Of a stretch of DNA of 12,429 nt, positions 5,511 through 12,429 are shown piece after piece; position 1 is the stretch's first letter, and each line of letters opens with the position of its first letter. The notes beneath the pieces were generated by a model, which had not been told where the DNA came from, made no database searches, and worked only from the letters and a program-made list of their open reading frames with translations. Origin of the DNA: a virus. Its lineage: Duplodnaviria; Heunggongvirae; Uroviricota; Caudoviricetes. Position numbers and translations under genes: made by a program. The DNA is taken from IMG/VR virus record IMGVR_UViG_3300035670_000139. One strand, written 5' to 3'.

Positions 5511-6272
5511 TTAGTTTTGACGGTAAATATACATAACATCCTTAAAAACTATTTGATTATCATTATCTGTTATGTCTAATGATATTTCATGTTCTTTACC
5601 ATTATAACCAGCTAAAACAACTCCCCTGCCGTCTTTTTTACAATCTGTAATAAATTGCTCTATATCAAAGTAACGCTCTATTTTTTCAAAAACATCCTCA
5701 TTAATTCCTAATAATTCTGCAACTGCAACATTATATCTATAATAATCATCAACCATATCGTCTGCCCTTGCATCATCTACGACTATATAATCTCTGTTAA
5801 AAATTTTAAATACTTCATCATCATTTTCTTCTGTTATTTCTAATAAACATTCTATAGGTAATAAAAACTTATTTTGTAAATGCTTTAATAAAGCCAAAGC
5901 CCTGCCAATATCATTAAATTTTACTTCATTATCAACTAAAAAGTTATTAATAATATCAAACATCTCTGTATCTGTTTTGTTATTTAATAATGCAATATCT
6001 CTCTTTCTTTCAACCTCTTCTACGGCTTCGCATAAAGAGTTAAATTCTGTCAAGTAAGCACCTTGTGTGTGGTCATGTTTTAAAACAAACTCTATTAAAG
6101 CATTTTGCCTTTCGTTAGCACCTTTCGCAACTTCAAGATTTTTTATACTACCCTCAATTGTAAATACATTATTATAAGCCCATTTTGTATCATCAGTATT
6201 TTGTCTATACTCATACTTTATTTTAATAGACTTCTTATGTAAATCTAAAAATTTTACCACTCTTTCTAACAT
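5511..6272 (-). CDS. 253-aa protein with an acidic C-terminal domain, possibly ArdA-like antirestriction/DNA mimic (start revised to 6272)
   Basis: C-terminal YFDIEQFITDCKKDGRGVVLAGYNGKEHE...YIYRQN recalls the YFD.E.F..D motif of ArdA C-terminal domains; D/E-rich middle. Family call from memory only. Confidence 0.5.
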   Translation of the reverse strand: MLERVVKFLDLHKKSIKIKYEYRQNTDDTKWAYNNVFTIEGSIKNLEVAKGANERQNALIEFVLKHDHTQGAYLTEFNSLCEAVEEVERKRDIALLNNKTDTEMFDIINNFLVDNEVKFNDIGRALALLKHLQNKFLLPIECLLEITEENDDEVFKIFNRDYIVVDDARADDMVDDYYRYNVAVAELLGINEDVFEKIERYFDIEQFITDCKKDGRGVVLAGYNGKEHEISLDITDNDNQIVFKDVMYIYRQN

Positions 6273-6320
6273 AATCAAAAAAACAAATAAAAAAACCTTA
6301 ATCAAAAAAACAAATAAAAA
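6272..6320. repeat. Tandem duplication of a 22-bp U-rich leader
   Basis: TAATCAAAAAAACAAATAAAAA at 6272-6293 and 6299-6320. Confidence 0.85.
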
Positions 6321-6324
6321 TAAT

Positions 6325-6675
6325 TTACATTTGTTTTAATAATGTTTCATCGCTAATAACTTTATCATAAAATCTTAAATCAAGACTTTTATCGCAAGAA
6401 ACTCTTACATCTTTCTTAAAAACATCTACTTGTTTTAAACTTTTTATCTGCCCTACATCAAGATATTTTAAACTAACAAAATCACTTAAGTCAATATTTG
6501 AGATTGGTAGTCTAGCAACATCTAAGCAAAGAGTGTCTTGTTGATTAACAAACTTTATCTTACCTTTTACTTTAACACTATTTACATAAGCAGGAACACG
6601 AACATCTTTTTGATTTTCGCAATCAAGTATTAGCACACTGCCTTCTTTACTAACCTTATTTATACTAAAAATCAT
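6325..6675 (-). CDS. Hypothetical protein, 116 aa, with an LRR-like stretch
   Basis: ATG at cassette copy 5; LPISNIDLSDFVSLKYLDVGQIKSLKQVDV shows LxxLxL periodicity. Confidence 0.75.
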   Translation of the reverse strand: MIFSINKVSKEGSVLILDCENQKDVRVPAYVNSVKVKGKIKFVNQQDTLCLDVARLPISNIDLSDFVSLKYLDVGQIKSLKQVDVFKKDVRVSCDKSLDLRFYDKVISDETLLKQM

Positions 6676-6758
6676 AACAAAATCAATAACAACAAAAATA
6701 AAAATCTAAACTAACATTTAGATATATAAATTGTATATGTAAAATAATAAATTGTCAA
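6676..6758 (-). promoter_or_regulatory. Class I cassette copy 5
   Basis: TTGACA (6758-6753), N17, TACAAT (6735-6730); hairpin ATCTAAA-TGTTAG-TTTAGAT (6723-6704). Confidence 0.9.
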
Positions 6759-6791
6759 GTATTATTTTAAAATTCTTTTAAAATAATAAAA

Positions 6792-7391
6792 TTAAGAAAA
6801 TTGTTTTTGATGCTCTAAGGCTTTTTTATGCAACGCAGGGTCGTTTTCAAAAGCTTTATTACAATATCTAAAAGCAAAACCCAAACACCTCCCCATCTTT
6901 ATCTCATACTCTACAGCCTTTTTAAACAACTCTGGATTTTTTGCAAATGCTTTATTGCAATCTTCAAAAACCCAATGCAAACACCACTCATTCTCTATAT
7001 AATACTCTACAGCCTTTTTAAACAACTCTGGATTTTTTGCAAATACTTTATTGCAATATTCAAAAGCAAAACCCAAAACCTCCCCCTTCTTTATATAATA
7101 CTCTACTGCTTTTTTAAACAACTCTAAATCTTTTTCAAAAGCTTTATTACAATATTCAAAAGCAAAATGCAAATACCCTTCATTCTTTATAGTTAAATCT
7201 ATTGCTTTTCCCAATTCCTCTATCGTCTCAACACATTTAAAAAGCCATGTTGCATAATCCTCTCGCTTATCCTTAAAACACCTTTCCATCAACTCAATCA
7301 CTTCCCATTCTTGTTTTTCTAAAGACTTAAAGTATTTAATGCCAGCTTCACAAGCATCTTTACTCTCTAAAACATCCAAAGTAACTAACAT
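6792..7391 (-). CDS. Helical repeat protein, 199 aa: N-terminal domain + four 32-aa repeats
   Basis: Paralog of 3668-4363, exactly 32 aa (one repeat) shorter; 96-bp period (6815, 6911, 7007, 7103). Confidence 0.85.
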   Translation of the reverse strand: MLVTLDVLESKDACEAGIKYFKSLEKQEWEVIELMERCFKDKREDYATWLFKCVETIEELGKAIDLTIKNEGYLHFAFEYCNKAFEKDLELFKKAVEYYIKKGEVLGFAFEYCNKVFAKNPELFKKAVEYYIENEWCLHWVFEDCNKAFAKNPELFKKAVEYEIKMGRCLGFAFRYCNKAFENDPALHKKALEHQKQFS

Positions 7392-7472
7392 AACAAAAAT
7401 ACAAACAACAAAAATAAAAATCTAAACTTAATTAGATATATAAATTGTATATCTAAAATAATAAAATGTCAA
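7392..7472 (-). promoter_or_regulatory. Class I cassette copy 6
   Basis: TTGACA (7472-7467), N17, TACAAT (7449-7444); hairpin at 7437-7420. Confidence 0.9.
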
Positions 7473-7489
7473 GAGTTTTTTAAAATATT

Positions 7490-7957
7490 TTATTCAACAA
7501 TACCTTCGGCAAGCATTTTGTGGTTCTTGTAATTACACAATCTTGCAAGACGTATAAGAGGTTTGTACTTCTCGGGGTTATCAAGTTTTTGCAATTGACT
7601 TTTAAATATTTGTGTAATCATTGTTTCTATATCTACCTCTCCCTTTTTTGCTTGCCATTCTTTTTTTATTCTATCTTGTGTGTCGTTGTCTGTTACTCTC
7701 TTGTCAATTTCAATAGTGTAATATTCTTGTTCCGACCAGTAAGATTGTCTGTTGTAGCTTAACTTGTAAGCGGCTTTAAAACTCTCGCTTCCATCTTCAT
7801 GTCTTTCTTTTACACTAAAGTAGCCTGTTAGACCTAAGCCTGTAGGCTTGCTAATTAAACATTCTATTATCAATTCTTTTGTTTTTTTTATTACGATTTT
7901 AATAGAATTTTGATTAGCTTCTTGAAAAACTAAAGCAATATGTTCTAGGTTTATCAT
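7490..7957 (-). CDS. Hypothetical protein, 155 aa
   Basis: ORF track; U-rich leader; third gene of the unit driven by copy 7. Confidence 0.75.
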   Translation of the reverse strand: MINLEHIALVFQEANQNSIKIVIKKTKELIIECLISKPTGLGLTGYFSVKERHEDGSESFKAAYKLSYNRQSYWSEQEYYTIEIDKRVTDNDTQDRIKKEWQAKKGEVDIETMITQIFKSQLQKLDNPEKYKPLIRLARLCNYKNHKMLAEGIVE

Positions 7958-7983
7958 ACATCCAATAATAATACAAAAAAAAA

Positions 7984-8466
7984 TTAAATTAATTTTAAAT
8001 ACTCATTATAATTTTCAACAAGTTCTTGACCTTTGTCTAAGCGATTCACTTGATATTCAATTATTTTCAATAAGTTTTTATCAAGTCTTTTGCATTCAAG
8101 CGGGCTTATGTAGGTGTAATAACCTTTTATAAAATCCTTAATTAAAGCCTTATTATCATAGTTTTTTATCATGTAATTAGCATAACACTCATCGGGGCGA
8201 CCATGATATTTTGCTTTTATTGCATTTTCTAAAAATACTCTATCATTGAGTTGTTCATGATTTGCTATACCATTTTCAAATTGAAATATTCCATTGTCAA
8301 ATTGCAATTTTGTTTTACTATGCTCATATTTAAAAACAAACCAATCTGTAGAATGCCAGCCCATTACATAACCATTAGAAAAATAGACAAATTGCCACTC
8401 TTTTTTTTTACTATACGGCTGTTTTATTACAAAGATTTTATTCAAAAAGTTTAAGTTTTTTTTCAT
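7984..8466 (-). CDS. Hypothetical protein, 160 aa
   Basis: ORF track; tightly packed between neighbours. Confidence 0.75.
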   Translation of the reverse strand: MKKNLNFLNKIFVIKQPYSKKKEWQFVYFSNGYVMGWHSTDWFVFKYEHSKTKLQFDNGIFQFENGIANHEQLNDRVFLENAIKAKYHGRPDECYANYMIKNYDNKALIKDFIKGYYTYISPLECKRLDKNLLKIIEYQVNRLDKGQELVENYNEYLKLI

Positions 8467-8478
8467 ATAGTTATTAAA

Positions 8479-8754
8479 TTAATATGCTAAAATTCTTGCA
8501 ATAAGCTCGTGTTCGTTGTTGCTTTCAATATAGCTTACGAAGTTACCACCTGCTCTTGCCTCAAGAAAAACTACTAGACTCTCTGCGGTTTGCTTGCAAT
8601 CCTTAGCAACTATTATGCTTTGTTTTGCAAGCCTGCGGATAGACTTGTAATAATCTTTTTTTATATGCTTATCTTTGCAAGTCAAACTTTCAAAATAAGC
8701 TTGTTTAATTACACTTTTGGCAAGTGTAATTACTGATTCATTTATTTCTAACAT
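8479..8754 (-). CDS. Hypothetical protein, 91 aa
   Basis: ORF track; ATG at the end of cassette copy 7 leader. Confidence 0.8.
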   Translation of the reverse strand: MLEINESVITLAKSVIKQAYFESLTCKDKHIKKDYYKSIRRLAKQSIIVAKDCKQTAESLVVFLEARAGGNFVSYIESNNEHELIARILAY

Positions 8755-8836
8755 AACAAAAATACAAACAACAAAAATAAAATCTAAATCAAGATTTAGA
8801 TATATAAATTGTATATCTAAAATAATAAATTGTCAA
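8755..8836 (-). promoter_or_regulatory. Class I cassette copy 7
   Basis: TTGACA (8836-8831), N17, TACAAT (8813-8808); hairpin ATCTAAAT-CTTG-ATTTAGAT (8801-8782). Confidence 0.9.
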
Positions 8837-9053
8837 GTGTTTTTTTAAAAATAATGTAAATATTTTTTAATCAAGTTGCGAGGTTGTGTTCCATTGAGTC
8901 AGGCTGCGGTAAAATATAAAACAGGGGGTGGGGTCAGTTGCCAAGCCCTTCTTAACCCCCCCAAATTTTTTTTTAAATTTTTTTTCCCAAAAATTCCCCC
9001 CTTTACCCCACACGCGCGATACCACATTTCCAAACTTTTGTCAACAAAAATAC

Positions 9054-9083
9054 TTGACAAACCAAAAATACTATGTTAAAACT
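9054..9083 (+). promoter_or_regulatory. Putative rightward promoter of the packaging operon
   Basis: TTGACA (9054-9059), N17, TG-n-TAAAAC (9077-9082; imperfect -10); similar to 721-748. Confidence 0.5.
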
Positions 9084-9106
9084 TTAAAAAATATTTGTGT
9101 TTTACA

Positions 9107-9511
9107 ATGACAAAGACAGAACAACTTAAGGCATGGAATGCACTATGTCGGCTTCGGCATCTCTTAACAAACCCAAATACTATTCATACAATAGAGTTAG
9201 GTATAGAAGATGCGGCTCGGCTAATTTACACAAACCAGTTAAGTAAAAAAATTTCGGCTCAGTTCAGATTAGAGATATTGAGTATTACACATATATGGAT
9301 TTCAAAAAAAGAAGAAGATAAAGAATTTAACACGGATTTTGATATTTTTACAATGAGTGAAGATGAAATATGCGGGCTAGTTCAAAAGTTAGAAATAGAA
9401 TCGCCAAAAATTTTTCATTGGGGTCAATTTGTAAAAATAAAAAAGGAAGTAAAGAGAAAGAAAAAGATACGGCAAATTTTGGCTTTTATAAAAAAATTTG
9501 TAAAAAGATAA
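9107..9511 (+). CDS. Hypothetical protein, 134 aa, basic C-terminus (start revised from TTG 9095 to ATG 9107)
   Basis: First ATG after the promoter, U-rich leader; stop is 1 nt before the next ATG. Confidence 0.75.
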   Translation: MTKTEQLKAWNALCRLRHLLTNPNTIHTIELGIEDAARLIYTNQLSKKISAQFRLEILSITHIWISKKEEDKEFNTDFDIFTMSEDEICGLVQKLEIESPKIFHWGQFVKIKKEVKRKKKIRQILAFIKKFVKR

Positions 9512-9512
9512 G

Positions 9513-11849
9513 ATGACATTGTTGTCGGATTTGAAGAGTGATATGAGTGAAGACATTGCTGTCTTTTCACTTACACCTAAAGAGTTACATACTTTTGTTT
9601 CCCTTAGGTATCCTTTTATATATAGATTTTTAACTTACTTTGCTAAAGAAGCAGTATATTTTTATAAACAAGAAGAGGTCAATTATTTTGCTCTCAGAGA
9701 TTCTAATGGTTCTTATACTAGATTAAGAATACAACTGCATAAAGATTTTTTATTAGAGTTTGAAGCAAAATATAGTAAGGCTATTACAAAATATTTAGAA
9801 GAGTGTAAAAAATATTTACTAGAGTATGGTAATGATGGATATTCACATGTTATAAGGAGTGATATTTACAAGAAACAAGATTTAACAAATTATTGTGCTG
9901 ATTATTTTAAGTATAACTGGCTTGAGGATAAAAATTATTTTGTAGATAGATTTAAGGTAATTGAGAAGGGCAAGAAAGTAGATATTACAGCAAAACATTG
10001 GATTGCTAATAATAAAGCTTTAACAATGGATTTTTCTAAAGCAGGTAAGATCACCTTTCCACAAATCAACATGTTAAAAAAAGCGGTAGAGCAAGGAAGA
10101 GGGATGAAGACTTTATTGCCAGAAGAGCAATGTATGGTTGAAGATGGTAAGTGGAATTTTGGATTTAACTATCCAGAGTGGATATATACAGGGGGCAATC
10201 TTAGGACTGCTTTGCCACTATATATATGCCATTCTTTTTTAAAAAAGTTTTATCTTTTAACTAAAGCTTTAATTCTTAGTTATCAAAATGAGTTAGAGGC
10301 AAGATGTTTATCCGCACAAGAATCGCATATTGCTTTAACTAAATTAAAACCCACTACTTCAGTTCCTAAATTTTTACTTGACCATCAAAAGTTAAGATTA
10401 CAAAATAGAAAAGAAATTGTGTTATTGTCAACCTATAAAGCATTAACACCTAAGCATGGTAATTTATCATATTCTAAAGTTAATTGTTTTACAAAAGACC
10501 AGCATAACTTAATAGATAAATTGTATGATGAAATGGCTAGAGAGGATGTTGCTGATATATCTACAAATGCAAAATTTGAAGAAGAGTTTTCAAAATTGGA
10601 TCCTGCTTTACAATTAATGGTAAATTTATCGGCTATGACACAAAAAACAGATTTAGAAAATGGAATTCAGGAGTGGCTCAAGATTTTGAAAAAAAATCCA
10701 AAGTTTTATGACTTAGTTCAGTCTAATATTTTACTAGAATACGACAAGCAAGCAAATCAAAATACTCAAAATTTAGATTTATGTATGACAAATATGCAAA
10801 AAATTGACAAATACAATAATGCCTTGATTAAAAAAGAGGAAAAAACATTGGCAAGCTATGATAAAAAATTTAAAAAGGTTTTGCAAGATGATAAAGACAT
10901 TGAGATAGAAATAAATAATGCGGCTATAAAGAAAAAAAAGGCATTAGACTACACTTTAAAAAATGCACCACAAAAATTGTTGCATAATGCCTTGTTAGGA
11001 GCAACACAATTATGTGAACTAGCAGGTATAGAGTTGCAAGATAATAACGAAATAATGCAAGTTGCCAAAAATAGTGCCAAAATGGAGCTTTATTATAAAC
11101 AAGTAGATGCACAATTGACTTTAATACACATGAATTTAAAAAATCTTAAAGAACAAAAGCAACAAGCTGAAAAAACAAAGATAGAAAGAATAAAGCAATG
11201 TAATAAAATGACACAAACTTTGTATATGAAGGCATTTGAACAGTATTCTGTAGGTGAAGAGGCTGGGAAAAATGTTACTACTATGATTGCAAAGGTTATT
11301 GAGTCTAAAAATGCAAGTGATAAACCTGCGGATAAAGAAATGTTAGATGTTTTGACTAAATTATATGAGTATTTTAATACTAAAAAGGTTGGAAAAGGTT
11401 ATCAAGATGAAAGTGGATTGATAGTTGCTGAAGTTGGACGCCAAAATGGTGAAAATTTTTACACCAAAAGCGTTGCAACAAATGATTTTATGAGTAATCT
11501 ACAAATAATTAACGGCACTTTGCAAAAATTATTTATAGACCCTATAAAACAAGAAATAGAAGCAATAAATGAGCAAATAAAAACTGAAGAAGAGGATATT
11601 GCAAGAATACAAAAAGATATACAGTTAAAAACTAAGCTACAAACAACACACAGTGGTATGATGTTGATGGAACTACGAGGATTGCAAGAAATTAAGGCAA
11701 ATAGATTGAAAAATGACTTGCAAAAACAAAAATTAGAAAAAGGTCATATTGAAAAAAATGGTTTAAATGATATGAAGATAATAAATGCTCCTGAGGCACA
11801 GATTATTATTGACAATGATTTTGATAATGAGATTATACAAGATGTATAA
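9513..11849 (+). CDS. 778-aa protein with a long C-terminal coiled coil, in the terminase small subunit position
   Basis: Long ORF; K/E/Q/L-rich heptads in the C-terminal half; ends 3 nt before the terminase ATG. No family recognised. Confidence 0.85.
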   Translation: MTLLSDLKSDMSEDIAVFSLTPKELHTFVSLRYPFIYRFLTYFAKEAVYFYKQEEVNYFALRDSNGSYTRLRIQLHKDFLLEFEAKYSKAITKYLEECKKYLLEYGNDGYSHVIRSDIYKKQDLTNYCADYFKYNWLEDKNYFVDRFKVIEKGKKVDITAKHWIANNKALTMDFSKAGKITFPQINMLKKAVEQGRGMKTLLPEEQCMVEDGKWNFGFNYPEWIYTGGNLRTALPLYICHSFLKKFYLLTKALILSYQNELEARCLSAQESHIALTKLKPTTSVPKFLLDHQKLRLQNRKEIVLLSTYKALTPKHGNLSYSKVNCFTKDQHNLIDKLYDEMAREDVADISTNAKFEEEFSKLDPALQLMVNLSAMTQKTDLENGIQEWLKILKKNPKFYDLVQSNILLEYDKQANQNTQNLDLCMTNMQKIDKYNNALIKKEEKTLASYDKKFKKVLQDDKDIEIEINNAAIKKKKALDYTLKNAPQKLLHNALLGATQLCELAGIELQDNNEIMQVAKNSAKMELYYKQVDAQLTLIHMNLKNLKEQKQQAEKTKIERIKQCNKMTQTLYMKAFEQYSVGEEAGKNVTTMIAKVIESKNASDKPADKEMLDVLTKLYEYFNTKKVGKGYQDESGLIVAEVGRQNGENFYTKSVATNDFMSNLQIINGTLQKLFIDPIKQEIEAINEQIKTEEEDIARIQKDIQLKTKLQTTHSGMMLMELRGLQEIKANRLKNDLQKQKLEKGHIEKNGLNDMKIINAPEAQIIIDNDFDNEIIQDV

Positions 11850-11852
11850 TAT

Positions 11853-12429
11853 ATGATGGACAATACCTCTTCGGCTTTATTTTTTACTCAAGAGCAGATA
11901 GAAAATAAAAGAGCAGAGTTTTTTGCTTTAGCCGATAGTTATTTTTGGTATTATACAAGGTATATAGAACTACATGATTGTGAATCGCTTGCAAAAGATA
12001 TTACATGTAGAACCCCATGGCATCCTGCTGCTGCAACTGCTTTACAAAAATTTGAAGAATGCGACTATGACACAAATTATTTTATTTTAAATGCAACAGT
12101 GCGTTTAGGTAAAACAAGACTTTGCACTGCCTTATGGGCTACTTGGCTTTTTGGTAAAGACCCAAAAACAAAAATTTTAATTGTTACAAAGCAAGATGAA
12201 AATAAAAAAAAGATAGCAAAAGAAATAGAAGCAATTTTATTATCTGAATGCTATCAAAAGTTATTTCCTAAAGTAAATATAACTGGTAAAGGTGTTAAAA
12301 GAATAGCACAAAAAGATGGAGGTGTTATACAGTTTAGCACAAGTGGAAGTAATGTTAGGGGTATGGGTTTTGACCATATTATTTTAGATGACTTTTTAGA
12401 TAAACAACATTTAATGGAGTCAAGTGGGG
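11853..12429 (+). CDS. terL: Terminase large subunit, N-terminal ATPase domain (partial, runs off the window)
   Basis: Hand-translated open frame of 192 codons: Walker A FILNATVRLGKT (RLGKT at 12102-12116), WLFGKDPKTKILIV, YQKLFP, Walker B GMGFDHIILDD (12360-12392), the motif order of Terminase_6-type large subunits. Confidence 0.85.
   Translation, partial: MMDNTSSALFFTQEQIENKRAEFFALADSYFWYYTRYIELHDCESLAKDITCRTPWHPAAATALQKFEECDYDTNYFILNATVRLGKTRLCTALWATWLFGKDPKTKILIVTKQDENKKKIAKEIEAILLSECYQKLFPKVNITGKGVKRIAQKDGGVIQFSTSGSNVRGMGFDHIILDDFLDKQHLMESSG

Noticed and set aside
1-8836. Integron cassette array (attC sites)
   Set aside because: The repeats are promoters with short hairpins upstream of genes, lack attC GTTRRRY/RYYYAAC core structure, and no integron integrase is present.
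8876-9110. Overlapping + strand ORFs 8876-9079 and 8928-9110
   Set aside because: Low-complexity translations of homopolymer tracts across the control region, starting upstream of the predicted promoter.
9513-12429. Genome-wide TGA reassignment (code 4 or 25)
   Set aside because: About 970 codons of packaging genes have no in-frame TGA and use TGG for Trp, contrary to expectation for an AT-rich recoded genome.

Overview
AT-rich segment of a tailed phage (Caudoviricetes) or prophage; the host cannot be identified from the window. It has two parts. (1) About 1-8836 is a leftward (- strand) accessory/early region of small, mostly unrecognisable genes. Most transcription units start from a copy of one ~85-bp cassette: a TTGAC(A/T)-N17-TA(C/G)AAT promoter, a predicted 5'-terminal stem-loop, and a U-rich leader lacking a Shine-Dalgarno, ending in TTTGTTATG (7 copies). 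A second duplicated promoter type carries a perfect 13-bp inverted repeat over its -10 (2 copies). Cargo includes two paralogous 32-aa-repeat helical proteins with variable patches and a truncated third paralog, a possible ArdA-like acidic protein, and a chain of tiny membrane peptides missing from the ORF track. A ~1.3-kb non-coding gap (520-1847) holds a candidate sRNA, origin-like direct repeats and an inverted-repeat pair. (2) From ~9054 a rightward packaging operon runs: a 134-aa ORF, a 778-aa coiled-coil protein in the small-terminase position, and the N-terminal ATPase part of the terminase large subunit (11853 to window end, not in the ORF track). Main candidate system: a recombining array of promoter-hairpin-leader expression cassettes carrying variable-repeat effectors. 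All analysis was by eye; no database searches were run.
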